Below, one piece after another: positions 24,421-34,929 of a stretch of DNA of 64,000 nt. This DNA comes from Somniosus microcephalus (Eukaryota). The notes under the pieces are model-generated. The model saw nothing but the letters and a program-made list of their open reading frames with translations, was not told where the DNA came from and made no database searches. A program made the position numbers and the translations under genes. Each line of letters begins with the position of its first letter. Within the stretch, counting starts at the first letter, position 1. The stretch spans positions 181,102,001 through 181,166,000 of the forward strand of contig CM126210.1 of NCBI GenBank assembly GCA_052327205.1. The letters are read 5' to 3'.

Positions 24421-25899
24421 CTGGCAATGATGCTGGAAAAATGCTCGAAGAGTGGGCATTCTCAAAAAAAATCTTGGTTCTACGTGTCACCATTACAACT
24501 TCAGTGTTACATAAAAGCACAGTGAATTCTGAAATTTGTGCTGCTGAAGCTTAAGAAAATAAAAACAGGAGCTCAAACTGGAAATGTTTACCCACCATCA
24601 AAAGATTGCTGCCATTTCTAAGATTGACACTTAGCGTATTTCTCCAATATAGGATTAAGATCTGTTTAAAAATGTTACAGTACAGCACCCGACTTTGGGA
24701 TTAATGCGATATGTAATCAGACTGTACAGCACATCACTCGTTAGCTGTATTACTGTTTCACACCTCAGATGTAGGAACAGCAAATGGTACAAGGAATATC
24801 CCTGCCACATCACCAAAGGGAGATAAGGCAAGCGAAGGGCCTTCAATTACTCAAGCACCTCCAAGTGGCCAGATGAAGGGTAGCATTGGCAAAGATGCAG
24901 GCACAAGTCAGTTGCCATCCATCTAAGATCAGGAGGATTTGTGTGGCCTGGGATAGCGCACAAAAGTGAGGTAAATTAGTCTCCTTATTTTTTGATTACT
25001 GAAGTCTCGGAATGATGCTTCTATTTGGATAAATTGGCTTTGTAACTATAAGAAGTCACAGGTTAAAAAGGAAAAAAAACTGCAAATACTGGTAATCTGA
25101 ATTCCCAACAGAAATTGCTGGAATTACACAGCATTTCCAAGAAAGGACATGCAGCCAAAACATTAACCCGTCCTTTTACCTTTTAATTAATTTTCCTCAG
25201 GCAAGAACCCTGTGGATAGTTCCAGCACTTTGTGTTTTTATTTAAAAGACATCATAAATTTACCTTTCTAAAATGAACCTTTTTTTTGGTTTAAAAAAAA
25301 GCGCAGAATGTTTTTATTGATATACCACATTATTCTGAAAGAGATACAGAACCATTTCCATTAGTTTCTTAATTGCCTCCAAAATGTTTTTAATGCATTA
25401 GGTATGTTTGAAACATCGAACTCTCATCAAAAATGCAAGCATAATAAAGGAGTGCCATCATCGTGAAAAAAGTATTTGAGAAACCTTTGCAATTTGTTTA
25501 CAAAAACATACAACGCTGCAAATGACAAGGCCCATCATCCTATCATCAACTGCTTGTTGTGGCAGTGTGATGAAAATGATTGATGAACTACCGACTCTTG
25601 CCCCATCTCCCCAACATTAAAAAGTCTGTCCAGAAAAAAAAGTTTGTGTGGAAAAAGTTGTCTCTTCAAATCCACCGCTTAAAAATAAACCACAGCATTT
25701 CCACAATAAAGGCCCCAGGAGTGGGTGCACTTGTGAAGAACGTCCACAATGCATTTTTAACAGTTCCCTGGCCAAGTAATATTCATTTCAACGTGCTCGG
25801 GGCAGTGCCCAGCCACCCACCCAACAACTACAGAAACATCAGAAAAATAAACTTTAACAAAGAAAATGATTGGGGGGGGGGGGGGGGGGGGTTGAAAAG

Positions 25900-26550
25900 A
25901 ATAAGTGAGGGGAGCGCCGGGTCACCTCGGTGAGGCCGACGGAGAGCGAGTGAAGCTGGCGGCCTCAGCACCAAAGCACAGAGGCTGGTCAGCTCGCCCC
26001 TGAGCCACACAGCGAGAGCGCGGCGGCGGCGGCGGCGGCAACCGGCCCCGCTGGAGCCGCAGCACCCCGGGCACAGCACAGCCCTCCTTCACACTACAGC
26101 CACACACACAAACACGAAAACTCCGCGCTTTTCCGAACTCTTTATTTTAACAAAAAAAGTACCCGCTGTTTTTTTTTGTCATTTTAAAAATCCTGAATTA
26201 AAACCTGCTCCGATTTGCTGGTTATTTGTTTCCCAGTTTGCACAGACTCGCTTTACCTGTTGCGCTGCCCCAACTCATTTTTCCTCTTTCTCCCAACTTC
26301 GGCTACAACCCGCTGTCCATCAGCAACAAGAGTTCAGCGCTGGGCTGAGAGCCAATAACAAGAAAGAAAATCCTAAGCGGCTGGTTGAAGTTCTCAGTGA
26401 AATACATCATGCAGTGAGCCCGGGGAAGGAGAGCGCTCTGCAACCCGGCTCACTCGCTGTTTCCGCCATGTTGCCCCATCCTGTGTGAGATGAGACTCCT
26501 GTATTTCATTCATTCACTCAGCAGGCTGGAGCTACCAGCACTTGCTGCTA
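25900..26550 (-). promoter_or_regulatory. CpG-rich promoter/5' region of the Sec14-domain gene
   Basis: Non-repeat CpG-rich stretch with (CGG)6, a YY1-like CAACATGGCGG at about 26463-26473, and several minus-strand splice donors. Confidence 0.7.
26257..26278 (-). CDS. Candidate first coding exon of the Sec14 gene (MSWGSAT-G)
   Basis: aaaATGAGT...ACAG|gtaaag. Its phase 1 end matches the 22117 exon. An alternative is MAETA at 26454-26469, with a weaker donor. Confidence 0.5.
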
Positions 26551-26759
26551 TTGGGTGAAGACCAGCCTTTCACAAAGTAACCACACTGCTGTAAACTCTC
26601 CAGTCCAGATCCAAGGTCGTCCCATCCTCTGTCGTCGAATTACAGTATACAGACGACGCTTCCGTCTGCGCTCACTCAGAGGTCGAACTCCAAACCATCG
26701 TCAACACCTTCATCAAAGCATACTAGAGCATAGGCCTTACACTAAACATCCGTAAGACA

Positions 26760-27899
26760 TAAGAACATAAGAAATAGGAGCAGGAGTAGGCCAATCGGCC
26801 CCTCGAGCCTGCTCCGCCATTCAATAAGATCATGGCTGATCTGATCCCAACCGCAATCCACTATCACAGAACCATCTCCTGAATCTAACAGAATTAGACA
26901 CACGAAATAGGAGCAGGATCAGGCTACACGGCCCCTGGGCCCGCTCCGCTACCCACAGGGCCATGACCGATCTGAACCTAGACTCATGTCCAAATTCCTG
27001 CCCGCTCCCCATAACCCTTAATTCCCTTTACTTCTAGGAAACTGTCTATTTCTGTTTTAAATTTATGTAATGATGTAGCTTCTACAGCTTTTTGGGGCAG
27101 CATATTCCATGGACCTACCACCCTCTGAGTGAAGTAGTTCCTCCTCATCTCAGTCTTGAAAGAGCAACCCCTTATTCTAAGACTATGCCCCCTAGTTCTA
27201 GTTTCACCCATCATCGGGAACATCCTCCCCGCATCCACCCGATCCAACCCCTTCACAATCTTATATGTTTCAATAAGATCGCCTCTCATTCTTCTGAACT
27301 CCAATGAGTAGAGTCCCAATCTACTCAACCTCTCCTCATATGTCCATCCCCTCATCCCCGGGATTAACTGAGTGAACCTTCTTTGTACTGACTCGAGAGC
27401 AAGTATGTCCTTTCTTAAGTATGGACACCAAAACTGTACGCAGTATTCCAGGTGCGGTCTCACCAATACCTTGTACAACTGAAGCAATACCTCCCTATTT
27501 TTGTATTCTATCCCCCTAGCAATGAAAGCCAACATTCCATTGGCCTTCTTAATCACTTGCTGCACCTGCATACTAACCTTTTGAGTTTCGTGCACCAGGA
27601 CCCCCAGATCCCTTTGTACTTCAGTACTTTCCAGTTTCTTGCCATTAAGATAATAACTTGCTCTACGATTTTTCCTGCCAAAGTGCATAACCTCACACTT
27701 TCCAGTATTGTATTCCATCTGCCAAATCTCTGCCCACTTACTTAGCCTGTCTATGTCCCCTTGCAGGTTTTTTATGTCCTCCTCACTCACTACTTTCCCT
27801 CCCATCTTAGTATCATCTGCAAACTTTGATATGTTACACTCGGTCCCCTCCTCCAAGTCGTTAATATAGATTGTAAAGAGTTGGGGACCCAGCACTGAG
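26760..27899 (-). mobile_element. Young CR1 3' portion with an open RT C-terminal frame and a doubled 3' tail
   Basis: ORF 26984-27934 has SVLGPQLFTIYINDL..KFADDTK..LVRPHLEYCVQFW with no stop. Short TSD GACA. Confidence 0.95.
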
Positions 27900-28687
27900 G
27901 ACAAAGGTCCTCTACCAACCTGCCCCCACCACACAGTACTGCACCCCGATTATCAAAATCCAGACAAGGCCTTGGACAATGTGGACCACTTTCCATACCT
28001 CGGGAGCCTACTGTCAACAAGGGCAAACGTCGACGACGAAGTCCAACACTGCCTTCAGTGTGCCAGTGCAGCCTTCGGTCCCCTGAGGAAGAGAGTGAAG
28101 ACCAGGACCTCAAACCCGGCACTAAGCTCATTGTCTACAGAGCAGCAGTGATACCCGCCCTGCTGTATACCTCAGAGACATGGACCATGTACAGCAGGCA
28201 CCTCAAAGCACTGGAGAGGTACCACCAACGCTGCCTCTGCAAGATCCTGCAAATCCATTGGCAGGATAGGCGCACCAACGTCAGTGTTCTTGCTCAGGCC
28301 AACATCCCCAGCATCGAAGCTTTGACCACGCTCGATCAACTCCGATGGATGGGTCACATTGTCCACATGCCCGATACGAGACTCCCAAAATAAGCGCTCT
28401 ACTCGGAGCTCCGGCACGGTAAGAGAGCCCCAGGTGGGCAGAGGAAACGCTTCAAGGACACCCTCAAAGCCTCCTTGAAAAAGTGTAACATCCCCACCGT
28501 CACCTGGGAATCCCTGGCCCAAGACTGCACAAAGTGGAGGAGAAGCATCCGGGAAGGCGCTGAACATCTCGAGTCTCTTTGCCAGGAGCAAGAGGAAGCC
28601 AAGCGCAAGCAGCGTAAGAAGCGCACGTCAACCCAAGCACCCCACCCACCCGCCCCTTCAACCACCGTCTGCCCCACCTGTGACAGA

Positions 28688-29083
28688 AACATAGAAACAT
28701 AGAAGATAGGAGCAGGATTAGGCCTCCACCGCCTTCTGTGGTAGAGAATTCCACAGGTTCACCACTCTCTGGGTGAAGAAATTCCTCCTCATCCCTGTCG
28801 TAAATGGCTTACCCCTTATCCTTAGACTGTGACCCCCTGGTTCTGGACTCCCTGGCCATCGGGAACATCCTTCCTGCATCTAGTCTGTCTAGTCCTGTTA
28901 GAATTTTATAAGTTTCAATGAGATCCCCTCTCATTCTTCTAAACTCCAGCGAATATAAGCCCAATCGACCCAATCTCTCCTCATACGTCATTCCTGCCAT
29001 CCCAGGTATCAGTCTGGTGAATCTTCGCTGCACTCCCTCCATGGCAAGAACATCCTTCCTCAGACAAGGCGACCAAAACTGCA
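28688..29083 (-). mobile_element. CR1 3' fragment nested in RTE
   Basis: VQFWSPCLRKD..RRMRGDLIETYKI; RTE sequence ACAGA is repeated on both sides. Confidence 0.9.
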
Positions 29084-29379
29084 CACAGAGACTGTAGGTC
29101 CCGCATTGGACTCCTCAGTCACCTGCAAACTCATTTTTAATGTGGAAGCAAGTCATCCTCGGTTCCGAGGGACTGCCTAATAAGGAAGAACCACACTGCG
29201 CCCACCTGCAAGGCTCTGTTTTTTTGCCTTAGCCCTTAGGGTGACATCGGGCATGAACCCACTGTCCTGTCACTGTCCCCTAATAAAATATCACTGCCAC
29301 TGAAACAAAGCAACAGACCCGGTCAATTAAAAGATGCGTGCAAATGTTAAATAGTAATTCTATTCTCAACATCGATCAT

Positions 29380-29532
29380 ATGGTATCCTGCGGTGCCCAC
29401 CAGTCACGGAAAGCTTCAGGCAAACTGCCGAACACCACATGGTCAGGCACTAGGGCTGAGCCCTCCCTGGTGATCCAGGGCCTGTGTGTGGTGGTTTTCA
29501 CCAGGCTCAGGAGCAGACCCACCAGGAGGCAA
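29380..29532 (-). mobile_element. Degenerate Tx1-clade fragment
   Basis: LLVGLLLSLVK..EAFRDWWAPQ, the same peptides as 29777-30336 in the opposite orientation. Confidence 0.65.
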
Positions 29533-29700
29533 CCACAACAACAACAACAACTTGCATTTATAATAGGGCCTTTAAAGTAGTAAAGCGTTCCCAAGGTGCT
29601 TCACAGGAGCGTTATCAAGCAAAATTTGACGCCGAGCCACGTAAGGACTTATTAGGACAGATGACCATAAGCTTGGTCAAAGAGGCAGGCTTTAAGGTCG
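29533..29700 (-). mobile_element. L2 3' tail
   Basis: (CAA)n followed by the L2 3' end, matching 10944-11100. Confidence 0.85.
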
Positions 29701-29776
29701 GGGATGGTGGCACAATCAATGAAGTCAGTGGAAATAAAAATCAGGAGCACTATCATCCGCTTTACACTATCGCACA

Positions 29777-30336
29777 CCACGCTCCTGATCTTTGGTCACC
29801 CGGTGCGGCGGGGAGCGGGCAGATCGGGGGACCTCCGCGTGGGACCTCCTCGTGGGACTGCTCCTGGGTCTGGCCAAAGTGGCCATCAACTGGTCCAGGC
29901 AGCGGGCGATCGAGGGGGTCGTTCGGCCCGACTGCCTGCCTCTCTTCCGCGGCCACGTTCGCGCCCAGTTCAATTTCAATTCAATTTCAATGTCAATTTC
30001 AATTTCAATTTTATTTGTCACATAACCAAATACAACAAGTGAAATCCAGTCAGTGAAATGCTTTTTTCTTAACGAGCTGAGCGCACCAAGCAGCAAAGGA
30101 CACTTAGCTGCCTGGTACGCACGGAGCCCACAAGGACGGCAGCCATCTTCATCGGCGCCCTGGAGATGGAGCACGCAGTGTCCGCCGGCACGCTCGAGGC
30201 CTTCCGCGACTGGTGGGCACCGCAGGGACTGGAGTGCATCATCACCCCGGCCAACAATATTTTAATTTAGGTTGTTAAGTTTCATTTAAGGGTTTTTTAA
30301 GTTACAGTTTATTTGTTTTGGGTCCCTATAAAAGAG
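29777..30336 (+). mobile_element. Tx1 (L1-group) 5'-truncated ORF2 C-terminus and 3' UTR
   Basis: TLLIFGHPV..LLLGLAKVAIN.SRQR..LFRGHVRA..EAFRDWWAPQG, flanked by TACACTATCGCACA / TACACT--CGCACA. Confidence 0.8.
29967..30154 (-). mobile_element. Short non-autonomous retroelement with Rex1/Babar-type tail, nested in Tx1
   Basis: Minus strand has AAGATGGC near its 5' end and ends TGACAAATAAA(ATTGAA)n. Candidate TSD GCGCCC. Confidence 0.6.
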
Positions 30337-30837
30337 TACACTCGCACAAAGTCAAGATCTACCCCCTATTATTTTAAACACTCTAAATCATTGTGAGCAA
30401 TGCAATGGGGAGATGTACTAATTATTTTTAAAAGTCTTACATGTGCACGCAGTTCTTGTTGCTTACTTACTTGCTACTACTGTCACGTTATTTGTATTAA
30501 GGTCAGACTCGTGTCATGCAGTCTTTCATGCTATTATCACATTTCTACATTCACTTCAATTAATTTTCCTATCATTTTAATGCAGTACTGATTCAGTCCT
30601 CCTAATTGAATATCCAAACTAGGTGGTACTACGACAGCACGATAGTACAAAAATTTACGTGTGCTTGGCTAGAAAGGATCATTGGATGTGGTCCTGCTAG
30701 CCCTGACCAGCATTTCTACATTTTACCCATTTGTCACCCAATGTGCCTGCAACAGTCAGTAAATACAGTATATGTAATAAAACCCAGTACCGATTGAACA
30801 GACTTTGAGTTTTATTCGGCATTTTTTTTATTAGGTA

Positions 30838-31569
30838 CTAGCAGGGGGTGCCCAGCGTTGCCAGGGCAATTTTGGGCCGCGTGGTCTGCCTGCCGGTGTC
30901 TGTCCCCTCTCTCTCTCCCTCCCTCTCCCCGAGCTGAGCTCCCCAGGGGATGGCGCGGTTGACGGCCGGCAGCTGCAGCTCGGCCGCCCGTTGCGTGTCT
31001 CGGGCCTAGCGCTTGAGGCCCGGTGGGGCTCTCGGGGCGAGACGGACCCGAGCTGAGCTCCCCCGCGGATCGCGCGGTTGATGGTCGGGCGCTGCCGATG
31101 ACCCGTCAGCTGTGTGGAAACTGACCTGCAGCTCCCGGAGTCGCAATGTGGGGGTCTGTTTGGTTGGTGGTGTCCCTGTGGGGATGAAAAAAATGGCGGC
31201 GAAGTTTAGGGAGACTGGAGGATTAGGACCCGCCCGTGATGCACTGATTGGTCAACCATCAGGTGAGTGAATTGTAGGATTGGTCAAGCAGCACGTCAGT
31301 CAACGCTAATGACAGGTAGGATTGGTGAACCGCTAATGAGTGGATTTTTGAGGATTTTTGAACCTTTTTTGTATACTGTCCTAACAATTTTTGTCTGACG
31401 AAAAAGTAAATACACCTACGAGAGTCCCCTAATAATAAGCTTTCTTTTGATATAACATATGTGTAGGTACGCTCTATAACTTTTGATTGTATAGCCGGAC
31501 AAACAGAAAGACAGAGAGACAGAGCGACAGACAGAGAGACAGAGAGACATACCGCTTTATATGTATAGA
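30838..31569 (-). mobile_element. Non-autonomous Helitron (732 bp)
   Basis: Minus strand 5' end A|TCTATACATATAAAG followed by a CTGT/CT microsatellite; 3' hairpin TGCCC..GGGCA shortly before CTAG|T; inserted between A and T with no TSD. Confidence 0.88.
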
Positions 31570-32679
31570 TTTACTTCCTGATAGTACATTGTAGGCTCTT
31601 TATAAAACTTAAAGCCTATTTCCCAGCTCAGTGATGAGAGACTGACTACAAATCTGGGCACCTCGCAGGGGAAAGCAGGTGAGGGAGATTAGAGGAAAGA
31701 TGCCTGCAGAGAGGAGAGTGAGGAGGGTGGGAGGTAAGGGATAAGGGGCTATGAATGAAGAAGTAGGGGTGTGTGGAGGTAATCATGGGTGAATAGTGGG
31801 AGGCGATGAGACAAAGGGAGTAATTGTAGCCTAACTCGACGGGCGGGAAACCCACGGGATCGGGTGGAACGCCGGTTTTACATCCCGCCCAATATTACTC
31901 TCCGTTGATTTCAATCATAAAATCGGGCTGGGTGTAAAACCAGAGGTGGATCCGATCCCGTCAGTTTCCTGACAGGCGCTTTAGGTAAAAATTGCCCCAA
32001 AGTCTCCTTAGGTTGTCAACCAGTCTCCCCTGCAGGTCTCTACTGAAACTTTTTGCTCCCGATACTCTTGCTCCTTTTATTTGTTTTTTCCAGTCCCATT
32101 TCTGTTATTTTTTTAAACTCTGGCTCTTGATGCTTCTGTTTTTAGTCCCATTCCTGACACTGGGATTTCTTTTAATCCTACTCCCACTCTGGTATTTTCT
32201 CAAACCTCCCTATCGCTCAACCCAAATTTCCCAACTTACCCAGCATCCACCTAACCATTAGTTATTGAGCATAAGTTCTGTTCTAACTAGCACAGATACT
32301 AACACTCACACAAATATCAAATTTTCGAAGTATTTTATTATATATCTACATACAAAACATCCATGAAATTAAATTGAATATGCACATTATATTAAAATAT
32401 TTACTTTGCACCGAGTATTTATATATAGAAAATACTCAGTCCCATTGGATTCCCCAGCAGAGGTTGGGTGCTACACATCCAGCAGGGCTGGAGATTTGGC
32501 AGGATCTGGAAACGGCGGGTTTCCACTCAGAATCCCAGTGGCCGCCAATTTCTGAAGGGGCTGTAAACATGCCGCATGACATCAGCGGGTGAGGTTAAGG
32601 ATTGCAAATTCCCATGTCAGGAATTTCCTTAGCCCCCACTTTCACACAACGATCTAGACGGAAGAATGAATCCAGTGTA

Positions 32680-33425
32680 AAGAAAGAAAAACTTGCATTT
32701 ATCAAGCACTTTTCACGACCTCAGGACACGCCAAAGCGCTTTACAGCCAATGAAGTACTTTTTTTTTGACGTGCAGTCACTGTTGTAATGTAGGAAACAC
32801 AGCAGCCAATTTACACACAGCAAGGCCCCACAAACAGCTCGAGGGATAAATGTTGACCAGGACACCAGGGACGATTCCCCTGTTCTTCTTCGAAATAGTG
32901 CCATGCGATTTTTTACATCCATCCAACAAGGCAGAAAGGGCCTTGGTTTAACGTCTCATCTGAAAAACTGCACCTCTGACACTGCAGCACTCCCTCAGTT
33001 TGATGCTTTCATGCTTTTCAGACTGGGAGGCCGCTTTTGGGCGTTCGGTCATCTTCTTGATGATGTTAGCTGGCAAGTTCTCAGTGAACTATCACACACA
33101 GGGAAACCACGTGTAGGTTGTCATCAGCTCCACAAGTGGAAGATGAGGGACGACCCAAAATGCAACTGTGGCCATGAGTCCCAGATCCTGGAAGACATCA
33201 CATCAACCTGCCCACTACGATCTGTTGTGGGAAGCATCTCAGGACGCCATTGAATGATTAGCCATCCCATTATAAGCTTTTCCCGTCATACGAAAGTAGT
33301 ATAAGTAGTAATCCCTCAGTACTGCACTCCAGTATCAGCCTTGATTTTGTGCTCAAGTCCCTGGAGTGGAAGTTGAACCCACAAACTTCTGAGTACAAAA
33401 GAGCGACCACTGAGCCACAGCTGAT
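32680..33425 (-). mobile_element. DeuSINE copy interrupted by a LINE fragment
   Basis: Homologous to 23327-24090. Confidence 0.85.
33000..33311 (+). mobile_element. 5'-truncated Vingi/I-group LINE end
   Basis: LHKWKMRDDPKCNCGHESQILEDITSTCP zinc-knuckle remnant, 3' CATACGAA end, and perfect 9-bp TSD TCCCTCAGT. Confidence 0.72.
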
Positions 33426-34149
33426 ACAGGTTAGCTAAGGGATGGAAGTTGGGCCCATCAAGATCTCAAGATCTGCTATAAAGGGGAGGGGAGCTTGCAC
33501 TTTGGGGGGGGGTGCTGCTCACCAGTGGCCATCTGGTACTGTACCTCCTGTCCCTCCCCCCAACCCCCATTGTGGGCACCCAGGATGTGCCCAAACTGGC
33601 ACAGGCGCCAACCATGCACATGCAACTTACCGGACCCCAAATAATCCAGCGGGGTCAGGCAGAGATTAGCTGTAAGGTTTTTCAAGCCAACTGATTCTAT
33701 ACTTACATTGCATAAATACATTTTAATATGCTGTTTCATATATTTTACCTTAATTTATTTTAGCTTCCATTATTTTTATTCAGAAACTTATAACTATATG
33801 CAATTTAATGTAAATGTTCAGTTATATTAATTTCAGCTCTATATAATTTCTCTGTACCATTTAATTTATTTTACGTATTCTTTTTAACCAAGGTTCCCTT
33901 CAATTGTAACACCTACAGTATAACAAGACAATGTATTCTCAATTACAACATATAATCATTCTCTCCTTATCAAACAGCCTCCAACGTCCCACAAGCTACA
34001 CTACAAGAAATCCACTATATCTAAGCTATATATTTTACATTTAATCATAAATATGTATATATTTTTTATAATATTTAATTTTATGTAATTTTGCACCTAA
34101 TTCTTGTTCATTTATCTCCATATAAGCAACATCATGGGAGATTCACCAT

Positions 34150-34726
34150 AGGGTGAGACCACACCTGGAATATTGTGCATAGTTTTAGTCTCCTTACCTA
34201 AGGAAGGATATACTTGCCACAGAGGGAGTGCAACGAAGGTTCACCAGACTGGTTCCTGGGATGGGGGCATTGTCCTATGAGGAGAGATTGAGTAGACTAG
34301 GCCTATATTCTCTAGAGTTTAGAAGAATGAGAGGTGATCTCATTGAAACATACAAAATTCTTACAGGGCTTGACAGGGTAGATGCAGGAAGGATGTTTCC
34401 TCTGGCTGGGGAGTTTAGAACCAGGGGTCACAGTCTCAGAATAAGGGGTCGGCCATTTAGGACTCAGATGAGGAGACATTTCTTCACTCAAAGGGTGGTG
34501 AATTTTTGGAATTCTCTACCCCAGAGGGCTGTGGAGACTCAGTCGTTGAGTATATTCAAGACAGAGATCGATAGATTTTTGAATATTATGGGAATCAAGG
34601 GATACGGGGATAGTGCAGGAAAGTGGAGATGAGGTAGAAGATCAGCCATGATCTTATTGAATGGCGGAGCAGGCTCGAAGGGCCAAATGGCCTACTCCTG
34701 CTCCTATTTCTTATGTTATTATGTTC
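34150..34726 (+). mobile_element. CR1 3' fragment
   Basis: VQRRFTRLVPGM..RRMRGDLIETYKI..FFTQRVVNFWN and CR1 tail. Confidence 0.93.
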
Positions 34727-34929
34727 ACTAGTCATATATTAAAAATGATATGATTGCATGTAGTTTCTGTTCATAACACTCTGATGTCAAATTTCTGTGT
34801 CACACTGTAGTCATAGTCTGACATCAAACTCTGGCATCACAAGCTTTGATTGGCTGAACTAAAAAAAATAACAAATAACAGCTCAGATTTTCCTGTCAAA
34901 ATATTTATAACGGGTTGCTGACTCGCTAT

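Larger units (their letters stand above)
26596..29190 (+). mobile_element. RTE-clade LINE 3' part, interrupted by two CR1 insertions
   Basis: Peptides LQYTDDA, GLTLNIRKT|KVL, KPGTKLIVYRAAVIPALLY, QLRWMGH, and CPTC..C...IGLLSHL..H zinc finger; RTE-type 3' end. Confidence 0.92.

Noticed and set aside
30928-31110. Spaced direct repeats resembling a CRISPR-like array
   Set aside because: Only two partial units 119 bp apart inside a Helitron, in a eukaryotic context with no cas genes.
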